A DNA stretch of 64,000 bases from Escherichia phage vB_EcoM_Shinka: sequence record MZ502379.1. One strand, 5' to 3'. Numbering within the stretch: the first letter of the stretch is position 1; every line of letters begins with the position of its first letter. This document shows, piece after piece, positions 38,433-48,857 of this stretch. Made by a program: the position numbers and the translations under genes. The notes below the pieces were generated by a model. The model was given only the letters and a program-made list of their open reading frames with translations. It was not told the origin of the DNA and made no database searches.

Positions 38433-38711
38433 TCAAAATGTAATTTCTAACCAATCACCATCACGCTGATCACTATTAACTTTAAAGATGAATCCTTCTT
38501 TTCTCAGCCAATCACCAATTTCTTCAGTAATCAATTTATCACGAGCAATACAATAATAATTAAAATGTGTTTTACCCTGTTCAGCTGCTTTATTAGCAAG
38601 TTCCGAAAAATCTTTAATAAAACACTCTAGCTTAAACTGTTTACTTTTAAATGCTTTTTCGCGTAATTGATTAGCAAAAGATTCATTTTCATAAAGATCA
38701 TACTGTTCCAT
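38433..38711 (-). CDS. hypothetical protein (92 aa)
   Basis: ORF in the T4 24.2/24.3 position. Confidence 0.5.
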   Translation of the reverse strand: MEQYDLYENESFANQLREKAFKSKQFKLECFIKDFSELANKAAEQGKTHFNYYCIARDKLITEEIGDWLRKEGFIFKVNSDQRDGDWLEITF

Positions 38712-38714
38712 TTT

Positions 38715-38912
38715 TCACCTTTTATTAATATGTCTTTTTCTATAGACAACTTTTTCTCGAGTTTCAAATTTATTCTTAGCAGTCATAGCTCGAGCCCATA
38801 ATACAGCCACTTCTTTTGCCTGTAAGTTTAATTCACGAGCAATTTCAATGAATGACTTTCCAGACTCATGAAGAGTAAACACCACAACCTCAGTTCTCAT
38901 AATCAATCTCAT
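38715..38912 (-). CDS. small helix-turn-helix-like protein (65 aa)
   Basis: ESGKSFIEIARELNLQAKEVAVLWARA resembles an HTH; basic C-terminus. Confidence 0.45.
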   Translation of the reverse strand: MRLIMRTEVVVFTLHESGKSFIEIARELNLQAKEVAVLWARAMTAKNKFETREKVVYRKRHINKR

Positions 38913-38980
38913 GTTATCGAGTTGATGCCATTATATACATCATTTTCTGAGTATGTTTTGTGTGCTTTCAAAATGAAGAA

Positions 38981-38996
38981 AGGGGCCGAAGCCCCT
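38981..38996 (-). terminator. terminator hairpin after hoc (minus strand)
   Basis: stem AGGGGC/GCCCCT, loop TTCG, then T-rich on minus strand. Confidence 0.45.
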
Positions 38997-39007
38997 TATG
39001 ATTATGA

Positions 39008-40138
39008 TTATGGATAGGTATAGATGATACCAGTTTCTAAAGCAGTTTTATGAATGATGTATCCATTACGCGATTCTTGAACATCAACTTCTGGATAGTC
39101 TTTCATCATCTTCTGAAGAGTGTAACGATGTAGGTAATATTTACTATCTGGGTCGTCAGTTTTCCAATCTTTACCTTCTTCGGTCATTTTTTGGATTTCA
39201 TCCATAACCCACCAACCGCACCAGATATAAGCTGAAGTACGATGTGGAAGAGGATGAACATAAGGTAGTTCACCTTCTGGTTCTGGAGCAACTTTATCAG
39301 TTACCTGAACTTGACCTTCTGCTGTAATAGTTTTGCTATCGTAATCAGTTGCAGTAACAGTTGCAGTAACTTCAATAGTTTGACTTCCAATAGATGAGGT
39401 ATCAACGGTATATACATTAGTTGACCCTTCTACAGGAGAAGAATCTTTCTTCCACGAGTAAGTAATTTGTGCTGCGCCAGGTGCGCTAGTAACATTAGCG
39501 GTAAATGTAGCCGAAGCATCTTGCTGAACGTTAATAGAAGGAGGAGTCAATGTAACCTGTGGATTCATTGTCTTCTTATTAACTGTCAATGATACTTCAT
39601 TCGAAGTAACGCTCAGTGCATCATAATCTTTCGCTGTTACTTGAGCTACACACTTGATTTTTTTAACTCCACTTGCGGTAGGAGTGTAATTGAATGTAGC
39701 AGAAGTTGCTTCGACCACAGGAGAACCGTCAACGTGCCATTGATACGTAGCAGATGCGCCTGATGGTTGAGAAGCTAAAGCAGCAGTAAATTCAACAGCT
39801 GTTCCAATCACTCCAGCCGCAGGACTAGCAGGAGTTACAGCTAAGGTAGTCGTCTGTGTCTTATTTTGAACTGTGATAGTTGTTGTCGCTTCAGCCGTTT
39901 CCGGGCCTCCTTCAGAAAGTGTATTTGTTGCAACAACTTTAATTGTTTTTGTTCCAGCAGGTCCTTTTAACACATAATCAAAAGTTTCTGCCGATCCTAC
40001 TTGAGGAGCATCGTCTATACTCCATGCATAGGTAATAGTTCCACCTCCAGTTTCACCACTGGGTGTAGCAGTAAACTGCTTGGTTTCATCAATAACCCCT
40101 GTTGGTGTTTTAGGAGTTATATCAACTGTAAAAGTCAT
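39008..40138 (-). CDS. hoc: highly immunogenic outer capsid protein Hoc
   Basis: 376 aa; three Thr/Ser-rich Ig-like repeats plus a C-terminal domain. Confidence 0.85.
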   Translation of the reverse strand: MTFTVDITPKTPTGVIDETKQFTATPSGETGGGTITYAWSIDDAPQVGSAETFDYVLKGPAGTKTIKVVATNTLSEGGPETAEATTTITVQNKTQTTTLAVTPASPAAGVIGTAVEFTAALASQPSGASATYQWHVDGSPVVEATSATFNYTPTASGVKKIKCVAQVTAKDYDALSVTSNEVSLTVNKKTMNPQVTLTPPSINVQQDASATFTANVTSAPGAAQITYSWKKDSSPVEGSTNVYTVDTSSIGSQTIEVTATVTATDYDSKTITAEGQVQVTDKVAPEPEGELPYVHPLPHRTSAYIWCGWWVMDEIQKMTEEGKDWKTDDPDSKYYLHRYTLQKMMKDYPEVDVQESRNGYIIHKTALETGIIYTYP

Positions 40139-40147
40139 AAGTTATCC

Positions 40148-40828
40148 TTATTTTAATGTTACGAAAGAAGAGTTGCGTGTTTCACGAATTAAAACTGATC
40201 CATCACGATTAATGTAATAAATTAAGCTAAATAAAGTTTGGTGTGCTGACGCATGTTCAAAACTTGTTGGGTGAGATTTCCAATCAGGAGTTTCAGCAAT
40301 CCATTGATAAATCCACCAAGGAACAGTACAGAATCCTGGATTTTTTCCAATCAACTGAAGATTCGGGCTAAAGTTTTCCGGAAGAGTAAATACAGACGGC
40401 TTTTCAGATTCAATAATCTCAGCTACAGCCTGTTCAAATTTTTCTTCAACAAATGGAGTATCTTCAATCAAAACATCGGTATTTTCAGGAATTTTATCTG
40501 TTTCTACTACTTCAATTTTAATGTCAGATTTAACCGGAGAATCAATCAAAAGTGCTGCTTCTGGATTGACTTCTTCATCGTCATATTTTAACCCCTCTGC
40601 AGCATCAGCAGCATCAATTAAGTCTTTAATAGATAACCCATCAGTCTCCGGCATAGGTTCACTAGCGAGCTTCTGGAGGGCTTCTTCAATATCAACAACG
40701 ATATTATCAAAAGATTTATTCTTTTTGACCTTTATACCAAACTGTTCAGCATATTCAGCTAATTTAGCTTTAGCTTCTTTGTTATCATCAAGAGCCTTCA
40801 GCTCTGCAATATAATCTTTATCTATCAT
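40148..40828 (-). CDS. inh: Inh, inhibitor of prohead protease
   Basis: 226 aa; follows hoc. Confidence 0.7.
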   Translation of the reverse strand: MIDKDYIAELKALDDNKEAKAKLAEYAEQFGIKVKKNKSFDNIVVDIEEALQKLASEPMPETDGLSIKDLIDAADAAEGLKYDDEEVNPEAALLIDSPVKSDIKIEVVETDKIPENTDVLIEDTPFVEEKFEQAVAEIIESEKPSVFTLPENFSPNLQLIGKNPGFCTVPWWIYQWIAETPDWKSHPTSFEHASAHQTLFSLIYYINRDGSVLIRETRNSSFVTLK

Positions 40829-40878
40829 AATATTTCCTCAGTATAAATATAGATATATTTATTACATGGTATTTAGAC

Positions 40879-42390
40879 ATGACTGACATTAAAGTACATT
40901 TTTATGATTTTAGTCACGTGAGAATTGATTGTGAAGAAAGTACATTTCATGAACTCCGTGATTTCTTTAGCTTTGAAGCTGATGGGTATCGTTTTAATCC
41001 GAAGTACAGATATGGCCACTGGGATGGACGAATCCGTCTGTTAGATTATAATCGTCTTCTTCCATTCGGCTTAGTCGGGCAAATTAAAAAGTTCTGTGAT
41101 AACTTTGGCTATAAAGCCTGGATTGACCCACAAATTAACGAAAAAGAAGAATTATCAAGAAAAGATTTTGATGAATGGCTTTCTAAATTAGAAATCTATT
41201 CAGGAAATAAAAGAATTGAACCACACTGGTATCAAAAAGATGCAGTGTTCGAAGGATTAGTTAATCGTCGTAGAATTCTTAATCTTCCAACATCCGCTGG
41301 TAAATCGTTAATTCAAGCTTTGCTTGCGCGATATTATTTGGAAAATTATGAAGGTAAAATTCTTATCATTGTTCCAACAACTGCTCTGACAACTCAGATG
41401 GCTGATGACTTTGTTGACTATCGTTTATTCAGTCATGCAATGATAAAGAAAATTGGTGGCGGAGCATCAAAAGATGATAAATATAAAAATGATGCACCAG
41501 TCGTTGTTGGTACATGGCAAACTGTAGTTAAACAACCAAAAGAATGGTTCTCACAGTTTGGAATGATGATGAATGATGAATGCCATCTTGCTACAGGAAA
41601 AAGTATTTCATCTATCATATCAGGTTTAAATAACTGTATGTTTAAATTTGGTCTATCAGGTTCATTACGTGATGGCAAAGCCAATATCATGCAGTATGTT
41701 GGAATGTTTGGTGAAATATTTAAGCCAGTAACGACTTCTAAGTTAATGGAAGATGGACAAGTAACTGAGCTAAAAATTAATAGTATTTTTCTTCGCTATC
41801 CCGATGAGTTCACTACTAAATTAAAGGGAAAAACTTATCAAGAAGAAATAAAAATTATTACTGGGCTCAGTAAAAGAAATAAATGGATCGCTAAATTAGC
41901 TATTAAGCTTGCACAAAAAGATGAAAACGCTTTTGTCATGTTTAAACATGTATCGCATGGTAAAGCTATTTTCGATTTAATTAAAAACGAATACGATAAA
42001 GTTTATTACGTATCAGGGGAAGTTGATACCGAAACCCGCAATATAATGAAAACCTTAGCTGAAAATGGTAAAGGAATAATTATAGTAGCTAGTTATGGTG
42101 TATTTTCTACTGGTATTTCAGTTAAAAATCTGCATCACGTTGTTTTAGCGCACGGTGTTAAATCAAAAATCATTGTATTACAAACAATCGGTCGTGTATT
42201 ACGTAAGCATGGTTCTAAGACAATAGCAACAGTCTGGGATCTTATAGATGACGCGGGCGTCAAGCCAAAATCTGCTAATACGAAAAAGAAATATGTTCAT
42301 TTGAACTATCTTTTAAAACACGGCATTGATCGTATTCAGCGCTACGCAGATGAAAAATTTAATTACGTAATGAAAACAGTTAATTTATAA
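40879..42390 (+). CDS. uvsW: UvsW DNA/RNA helicase
   Basis: 503 aa; Walker A PTSAGKS, DECH box. Confidence 0.9.
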   Translation: MTDIKVHFYDFSHVRIDCEESTFHELRDFFSFEADGYRFNPKYRYGHWDGRIRLLDYNRLLPFGLVGQIKKFCDNFGYKAWIDPQINEKEELSRKDFDEWLSKLEIYSGNKRIEPHWYQKDAVFEGLVNRRRILNLPTSAGKSLIQALLARYYLENYEGKILIIVPTTALTTQMADDFVDYRLFSHAMIKKIGGGASKDDKYKNDAPVVVGTWQTVVKQPKEWFSQFGMMMNDECHLATGKSISSIISGLNNCMFKFGLSGSLRDGKANIMQYVGMFGEIFKPVTTSKLMEDGQVTELKINSIFLRYPDEFTTKLKGKTYQEEIKIITGLSKRNKWIAKLAIKLAQKDENAFVMFKHVSHGKAIFDLIKNEYDKVYYVSGEVDTETRNIMKTLAENGKGIIIVASYGVFSTGISVKNLHHVVLAHGVKSKIIVLQTIGRVLRKHGSKTIATVWDLIDDAGVKPKSANTKKKYVHLNYLLKHGIDRIQRYADEKFNYVMKTVNL

Positions 42391-42415
42391 GGGCTTCGGC
42401 CCTTTGGAGAAAAAG

Positions 42416-42646
42416 ATGTTACTAGGATTTAAACAATTTCTTTATGAAGCTTCTATTGATGAATTTATGGGTAAAATTGCCTCTTGTCAAACATTAGAAG
42501 GTCTAGAAGAACTTGAAGCTTATTATAAGAAAAGAGTCAAAGAAACTGAATTAAAAGATACTGATGACATCTCTGTGAGAGATGCTTTGGCAGGAAAAAG
42601 AGCTGAATTAGAAGATTCAGACGATGAAGTAGAAGAAAGCTTTTAA
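42416..42646 (+). CDS. uvsW.1: UvsW.1 small acidic protein
   Basis: 76 aa from ATG 42416 with SD GGAGA (track ORF begins at TTG 42404). Confidence 0.7.
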   Translation: MLLGFKQFLYEASIDEFMGKIASCQTLEGLEELEAYYKKRVKETELKDTDDISVRDALAGKRAELEDSDDEVEESF

Positions 42647-42701
42647 ATTAAAAAAGGCCCAACCAAAAAGGAAGGGCCAAAACTATAGACTAAAGGTCAC
42701 A

Positions 42702-42869
42702 CTATAGCAAAAGTTGTGTTTCATTTAATTGTTCTTCCGAACTTTCTGAAACTGGTAGTTCTTTAATGTAATTATAGCAAGGCCCAGGATGTACAGGACC
42801 TTTGTCTGTTTCAACAACCAATGCAGAATCGATTGGAGTTTTACAGACAACACAAATCTTATCTGACAT
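42702..42869 (-). CDS. small Cys-containing ORF (55 aa, uvsY.-1 position)
   Basis: hand-translated MSDKICVVCKTPIDS...; below the ORF-track length cutoff. Confidence 0.3.
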   Translation of the reverse strand: MSDKICVVCKTPIDSALVVETDKGPVHPGPCYNYIKELPVSESSEEQLNETQLLL

Positions 42870-42897
42870 GATTGTCTCCTCTGAATTATATATCTAT

Positions 42898-43122
42898 TTA
42901 TACAACTCTCATATGCATATCAATGCCCATATCTTTAGAATAAAAATATTCATCAAGATATCCAGCAAATTTTCCTTTAATATAAAGGACATCTTCACCG
43001 CACGGGTGATCGGCCAGGATACGAATATCCTGACGCTTGAGATTATACTTTTTCATTAAGAATTGAATTTCCGTTTCAAATTCTTCTTCATAATTAAAAG
43101 CATCATCAATGCTATATCTCAT
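42898..43122 (-). CDS. hypothetical protein (uvsY.-2 position)
   Basis: 74 aa ORF directly downstream of uvsY. Confidence 0.55.
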   Translation of the reverse strand: MRYSIDDAFNYEEEFETEIQFLMKKYNLKRQDIRILADHPCGEDVLYIKGKFAGYLDEYFYSKDMGIDMHMRVV

Positions 43123-43535
43123 TATTTTCCAGCCTCAAATGCCCGCATGTCTTGAATATGCTTAATAGCAAATCCACGTGATTTGATAGCATCAAGAGCT
43201 CCGCTACAGAAATCTAATAAAATTCCCCAATATTGTAATGAAGTATCAACCTTTAAAACATCCTTATCAGCTGATAGAACTGTCTTCATTTCTGATTTCT
43301 CGTAACGATCCATACTAAATTCATCACCATCTCCTCGTCCCGAGTAGTAGTCTAATTTAGCTTTAAGAGCAACTTTTTTCTGTGCTTCAATTCTAAGCAT
43401 TTCCTTTTTAATACTTGAATGCTTATTAAGCCATTTACTATATAACATCACATTATTAGCTGCTTCATACTGTAATTTAGTCGAATCTATAAACACATCT
43501 TTCTTCAATTCTTCTTGAAGATCTTCTAATCTCAT
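43122..43535 (-). CDS. uvsY: recombination mediator UvsY
   Basis: 137 aa; order. Confidence 0.85.
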   Translation of the reverse strand: MRLEDLQEELKKDVFIDSTKLQYEAANNVMLYSKWLNKHSSIKKEMLRIEAQKKVALKAKLDYYSGRGDGDEFSMDRYEKSEMKTVLSADKDVLKVDTSLQYWGILLDFCSGALDAIKSRGFAIKHIQDMRAFEAGK

Positions 43536-43601
43536 ATTGTTCTCTATTCAATTGTTATTGGATGGACTTAGATTCATTATACCACGTTTATACGTGAAGC
43601 A

Positions 43602-44000
43602 TTATACTCTATTACTGGAAGCCAGTTGCAGTTTTATCTGCTCAATATCATCAGGGTTATCGATGACCGAAAAGCGTATTTCTACTATCAGAGTATAATC
43701 ATCATAAACGGGTATCACATTAACTGCTAATTTATCAATACGTGGCTCATAGTTTCTTACTGCGCTTTCGATATTGCGCTCAACCGTATCAGCAGTAAGA
43801 GGAGTCATATTTTCAAAAAGCTGATCTGATAAATCACATCCAAATTCAGGGTCAAACGGTCTTGAACCTTTTCTTGTTGTAATAATTCCCAAAAGACTGT
43901 TTTTAATTGACCTTAATCCAAGCGATCTGGAAACGTCTTTGTTCCAATCCATTTTCATTTCCGGGTCAATGTCAGAATAAAGCTTATTAATATTTGACAT
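43602..44000 (-). CDS. 25: baseplate wedge protein gp25
   Basis: 132 aa; order. Confidence 0.85.
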   Translation of the reverse strand: MSNINKLYSDIDPEMKMDWNKDVSRSLGLRSIKNSLLGIITTRKGSRPFDPEFGCDLSDQLFENMTPLTADTVERNIESAVRNYEPRIDKLAVNVIPVYDDYTLIVEIRFSVIDNPDDIEQIKLQLASSNRV

Positions 44001-44626
44001 TATAGTAACTCAAAGAACTCTTTGAGGCCTCTTATTACGTGAGCATGGGTTTTTCCACACTCTGGACACTTAATTGGAACAGCCAAATAAACAGTAGGCT
44101 TTAAAAGCATATCTTTTATAGCTACAATATCTGACTCTGTGATGATAGAATATAAATCTTCCAGTTCTTTTTCATTTAAGTCTTCAACTGGAATGCTTTC
44201 CCCGTTAGCATGAATCGTTTCTATACATGATACTATCATGTGGGCTATATTTTTATCATCAAAAATTTTAGGGTAATGGAATTTAATTTTAATGTCACCC
44301 AGTGTATACCAGAGGTCTTCTGGTGCATCTATTTGTGTATGTAATAGATTTATATGGGTTGGTATTTCAGTTCCACAGGTGCACTTCCAGGAGTTTTCGT
44401 GATTAACTTCTCCGAGAGAATGTGCCCATAAATGAATCAACAATAGTTCTGATTCTTGGCGGTTTAAATCTTTTGCATTTGTGCAGTCTTTGATTAGCTT
44501 TTTAACAATTACTTCTACGGAACCATTATTTTTGGCAGTAATAAGTTCTAGATATTCTTTAAGAGTAAATGCGCGACAATTGATTATTTTAGAACCAACT
44601 CTCACATCAAATTTGTATTCATACAT
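44000..44626 (-). CDS. 26: baseplate hub protein gp26
   Basis: 208 aa; CxC and CPEC motifs; order. Confidence 0.8.
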   Translation of the reverse strand: MYEYKFDVRVGSKIINCRAFTLKEYLELITAKNNGSVEVIVKKLIKDCTNAKDLNRQESELLLIHLWAHSLGEVNHENSWKCTCGTEIPTHINLLHTQIDAPEDLWYTLGDIKIKFHYPKIFDDKNIAHMIVSCIETIHANGESIPVEDLNEKELEDLYSIITESDIVAIKDMLLKPTVYLAVPIKCPECGKTHAHVIRGLKEFFELL

Positions 44627-44648
44627 ATTTTAGCTCCTTTATTTATCA

Positions 44649-44660
44649 TATTTATAAATA
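44649..44660. promoter_or_regulatory. divergent overlapping late promoters (genes 26 and 51)
   Basis: TATTTATAAATA contains TATAAATA on both strands. Confidence 0.5.
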
Positions 44661-44677
44661 GAATAAAAGGAGCATCT

Positions 44678-45427
44678 ATGGCAAACATTATTCGTTGTAA
44701 ATTACCAGATGGTGTTCATCGTTTTAAACCATTTACGGTAGAAGATTATCGAGATTTTTTGTTAGTTCGAAACGATATAGAACATCGGTCACCACAAGAA
44801 CAAAAAGAAATAATTACTGATTTAATTGATGATTATTTTGGAGACTATCCGAAGACTTGGCAACCATTTATATTTTTGCAGGTATTTGTAGGGTCAATAG
44901 GTAAAACTAAAGTACCAGTCACATTCGTATGTCCAAAATGTAAAAAAGAAAAGACAGTTCCATTTGAAATATATCAAAAAGAATTAAAGGAACCTGTTTT
45001 TGATGTAGCTAATGTTAAAATTAAATTAAAGTTTCCTTCTGAGTTTTATGAAAATAAAGCAAAGATGATTACTGAAAATATTCATTCTGTTCAAGTAAAT
45101 GAAATATGGTATGATTGGAAGGAAATTAGTGAATCAAGTCAAATAGAACTAGTTGACGCCATCGAGATAGAAACATTAGAAAAAATTCTCGATTCAATGA
45201 ATCCTATTAATTTAACTCTACATATGTCATGCTGTAATAAGTACATTAAAAAATACACTGATATAGTAGACGTGTTTAAGCTATTAGTTAACCCAGATGA
45301 GATATTTACTTTTTATCAAATTAATCACACACTTGTAAAAAGTAATTATAGCTTAAATTCAATAATGAAAATGATTCCTGCTGAGCGCGGATTCGTATTA
45401 AAACTGATTGAGAAGGATAAACAATAA
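44678..45427 (+). CDS. 51: baseplate hub assembly protein gp51
   Basis: 249 aa; CPKC motif; order. Confidence 0.8.
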   Translation: MANIIRCKLPDGVHRFKPFTVEDYRDFLLVRNDIEHRSPQEQKEIITDLIDDYFGDYPKTWQPFIFLQVFVGSIGKTKVPVTFVCPKCKKEKTVPFEIYQKELKEPVFDVANVKIKLKFPSEFYENKAKMITENIHSVQVNEIWYDWKEISESSQIELVDAIEIETLEKILDSMNPINLTLHMSCCNKYIKKYTDIVDVFKLLVNPDEIFTFYQINHTLVKSNYSLNSIMKMIPAERGFVLKLIEKDKQ

Positions 45428-46602
45428 TGAGTATGTTGCAACGCCCCGGATATCCAAATCTCAGCGTTAAATTATTTGATAGCTACGACGCTTGGAGTAA
45501 TAATAGATTTGTTGAATTAGCTGCTACTATTACCACATTAACTATGCGTGACTCTCTTTATGGTCGAAATGAAGGAATGCTACAATTTTATGATTCTAAA
45601 AACATCCATACAAAAATGGATGGAAATGAAATAATTCAGATTTCTGTAGCTAATGCAAACGATATTAATAATGTTAAAACACGAATTTATGGATGCAAGC
45701 ATTTTTCCGTGTCAGTAGATTCAAAAGGCGATAACATCATTGCTATTGAATTGGGAACTATTCATTCTATAGAAAATCTTAAATTTGGTAGACCGTTTTT
45801 CCCTGATGCAGGTGAATCTATAAAAGAAATGCTTGGCGTCATTTATCAAGACCGTACATTATTAACTCCAGCGATAAATGCTATAAATGCTTATGTTCCT
45901 GATATTCCATGGACTAGCACATTTGAAAACTATTTGTCATATGTCAGAGAAGTTGCTCTAGCTGTAGGAAGCGACAAATTTGTATTTGTGTGGCAAGACA
46001 TCATGGGAGTTAACATGATGGACTATGATATGATGATAAATCAAGAACCGTATCCAATGATTGTCGGTGAGCCATCTTTAATAGGTCAATTCATCCAAGA
46101 ATTAAAATATCCATTAGCGTATGATTTCGTTTGGTTGACTAAATCGAATCCTCACAAACGTGACCCAATGAAAAACGCTACTATCTATGCTCATTCATTT
46201 TTAGATTCTTCATTGCCAATGATTACTACAGGAAAGGGCGAAAACTCTATTGTAGTGTCAAGGTCAGGTGCTTATTCTGAAATGACTTATAGGAATGGAT
46301 ATGAAGAAGCTATTCGTCTTCAAACTATGGCGCAATATGACGGCTATGCTAAATGTTCTACTGTCGGTAATTTTAACTTGACTCCTGGTGTTAAAATTAT
46401 TTTTAATGATAGTAAAAACCAATTTAAAACAGAATTTTACGTTGATGAAGTTATCCATGAATTATCCAATAATAATTCAGTAACTCATCTATATATGTTC
46501 ACTAATGCAACGAAACTGGAAACAATAGACCCAGTTAAGGTTAAAAATGAATTTAAATCTGATACTACCACTGAAGAAAGTAGTTCTTCCAATAAGCAAT
46601 AA
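45427..46602 (+). CDS. 27: baseplate hub protein gp27
   Basis: 391 aa; order. Confidence 0.85.
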   Translation: MSMLQRPGYPNLSVKLFDSYDAWSNNRFVELAATITTLTMRDSLYGRNEGMLQFYDSKNIHTKMDGNEIIQISVANANDINNVKTRIYGCKHFSVSVDSKGDNIIAIELGTIHSIENLKFGRPFFPDAGESIKEMLGVIYQDRTLLTPAINAINAYVPDIPWTSTFENYLSYVREVALAVGSDKFVFVWQDIMGVNMMDYDMMINQEPYPMIVGEPSLIGQFIQELKYPLAYDFVWLTKSNPHKRDPMKNATIYAHSFLDSSLPMITTGKGENSIVVSRSGAYSEMTYRNGYEEAIRLQTMAQYDGYAKCSTVGNFNLTPGVKIIFNDSKNQFKTEFYVDEVIHELSNNNSVTHLYMFTNATKLETIDPVKVKNEFKSDTTTEESSSSNKQ

Positions 46603-47080
46603 AGAAGTTTCTATTCCTAAAATGGGTCTTAAACATTATAACATTTTAAAAGATGTTAAAGGTCCTGATGAAAATTTAAAACTTCTTATTGATTCTATTT
46701 GTCCGAATTTATCACCGGCAGAAGTTGATTTCGTTTCTATTCATTTATTGGAATTTAATGGAAAGATTAAATCTCGCAAAGAAATAGATGGTTATACTTA
46801 TGACATTAATGATGTTTATGTATGCCAAAGATTGGAATTTCAATACCAAGGAAATACATTTTATTTTAGACCGCCTGGAAAATTTGAACAATTTTTAACT
46901 GTGAGCGATATGTTATCCAAATGCTTGCTTAAGGTCAATGATGAAGTTAAAGAAATTAATTTTCTTGAGATGCCAGCATTCGTTTTAAAATGGGCAAATG
47001 ACATTTTTACAACTTTAGCAATTCCTGGCCCTAATGGTCCAATAACCGGAATTGGCAATATTATTGGATTATTTGAATGA
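46547..47080 (+). CDS. 28: baseplate hub protein gp28
   Basis: 177 aa, overlaps gene 27 end. Confidence 0.75.
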   Translation: MNLNLILPLKKVVLPISNKEVSIPKMGLKHYNILKDVKGPDENLKLLIDSICPNLSPAEVDFVSIHLLEFNGKIKSRKEIDGYTYDINDVYVCQRLEFQYQGNTFYFRPPGKFEQFLTVSDMLSKCLLKVNDEVKEINFLEMPAFVLKWANDIFTTLAIPGPNGPITGIGNIIGLFE

Positions 47081-48849
47081 AAAAGCCACAAGAAATGCAA
47101 ACGATGCGTAGAAAAGTTATTTCAGATAATAAACCAACACAGGAAGCGGCTAAATCCGCTTCCAATACTTTATCTGGACTTAACGATATATCTACGAAAT
47201 TGGATGATGCTCAAGCTGCTTCTGAATTAATTGCTCAAACTGTCGAAGAAAAATCGAATGAAATAATTGGAGCAATTGACAATGTAGAAAGCGCAGTGAG
47301 TGATACTACTGCTGGTTCTGAGTTAATTGCTGAAACTGTTGAAATTGGCAACAATATTAATAAAGAAATCGGTGAATCGCTCGGGAGTAAATTAGATAAA
47401 TTAACGAGTTTATTAGAGCAAAAAATTCAGACAGCTGGAATTCAACAAACAGGAACCAGTTTAGCCACTGTTGAAAGCGCTATTCCTGTTAAAGTTGTTG
47501 AGGATGATACAGCTGAATCTGTGGGTCCTTTATTACCGGCTCCTGAAGCAGTTAATAATGATCCTGACGCTGATTTTTTCCCTACCCCTCAGCCAGTTGA
47601 ACCTAAACAAGAATCACCAGAAGAAAAACAGAAAAAAGACGCATTTAACTTAAAATTATCTCAAGCTTTAGATAAATTAACAAAGACTGTTGATTTTGGA
47701 TTTAAGAAATCCATTTCAATTACTGATAAAATATCAAGCATGTTATTTAAGTACACCGTCAGTGCTGCTATTGAAGCTGCTAAAATGACTGCAATGATAT
47801 TGGCTGTTGTTGTTGGAATAGACCTGTTGATGGTTCATTTTAAATATTGGTCAGATAAATTTTCACAGGCTTGGGATTTGTTTAGTACAGACTTTACTAA
47901 ATTCTCTAGCGAAACCGGAACATGGGGTCCTTTATTACAGAGCATCTTTGGTTCTATCGATGAAATTAAAAAATTCTGGGAAGCGGGAGATTGGGGTGGT
48001 TTGACGGTAGCTATTGTAGAAGGGCTTGGAAAGGTTCTTTATAATTTAGGTGAACTTATTCAGCTTGGAATGGCTAAATTATCTGCGGCAATTCTTCGAG
48101 TTATTCCTGGTATGAAGGATACCGCTGATGATGTAGAAGGAAGAGCACTAGAAAATTTCCAAAATACTACAAATGCTTCTCTTAGCAAAGAAGACCAAGA
48201 AAAAGTTGCAAATTATCAATATAAAAGAATGAATGGAGAACTTGGTCCGATAGCAAAAGGACTAGACAAAATTGCGAACTGGAAAACTCGCGCATCTAAC
48301 TGGATTCGTGGTGTTGATAATAAAGAAGCACTAACGACTGATGAAGAGAGAGAAGAGGAAGAAGAAAAATTAAAGCAACTTTCTCCGGAGGAAGCTAAAA
48401 TTGCTTTAATGAAAGCTAATGAAGCTCGTGCTGCTATGAATCGTTTTGATGAATACGCTAATTCGGCTGATATGAGTAAAGATTCAACAGTTAAATCAGT
48501 TGAAGCTGCCTATGAAGACCTTAAAAAACGGATGGATGACCCGGATTTAAATAATTCACCGGCAGTTAAAAAAGAACTTGCTGCTAGATTTTCTAAAATT
48601 GATGCTACTTATCAAGAACTAAAGAAAAATCAACCTAATGCCAAACCTGAAACTTCTGCTAAATCGCCAGAAGCAAAACAAGTCCAGGTAATAGAAAAGA
48701 ACAAAGCACAGCAAGCTCCTGTTCAACAAGCATCTCCTTCGATCAATAATACTAATAATGTTATTAAGAAAAATACTGTCGTTCATAATATGACACCTGT
48801 TACGAGTACAACTGCTCCCGGTGTATTTGACGCGACTGGAGTTAATTAA
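47077..48849 (+). CDS. 29: tail tape-measure / baseplate hub protein gp29
   Basis: 590 aa; order. Confidence 0.85.
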   Translation: MKKPQEMQTMRRKVISDNKPTQEAAKSASNTLSGLNDISTKLDDAQAASELIAQTVEEKSNEIIGAIDNVESAVSDTTAGSELIAETVEIGNNINKEIGESLGSKLDKLTSLLEQKIQTAGIQQTGTSLATVESAIPVKVVEDDTAESVGPLLPAPEAVNNDPDADFFPTPQPVEPKQESPEEKQKKDAFNLKLSQALDKLTKTVDFGFKKSISITDKISSMLFKYTVSAAIEAAKMTAMILAVVVGIDLLMVHFKYWSDKFSQAWDLFSTDFTKFSSETGTWGPLLQSIFGSIDEIKKFWEAGDWGGLTVAIVEGLGKVLYNLGELIQLGMAKLSAAILRVIPGMKDTADDVEGRALENFQNTTNASLSKEDQEKVANYQYKRMNGELGPIAKGLDKIANWKTRASNWIRGVDNKEALTTDEEREEEEEKLKQLSPEEAKIALMKANEARAAMNRFDEYANSADMSKDSTVKSVEAAYEDLKKRMDDPDLNNSPAVKKELAARFSKIDATYQELKKNQPNAKPETSAKSPEAKQVQVIEKNKAQQAPVQQASPSINNTNNVIKKNTVVHNMTPVTSTTAPGVFDATGVN

Positions 48850-48857
48850 GGAATAAT

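Noticed and set aside
42802-43059. 85-aa plus-strand ORF
   Set aside because: Overlaps the minus-strand uvsY.-2-position ORF and the uvsY promoter region; low-complexity Ile/Phe-rich translation.
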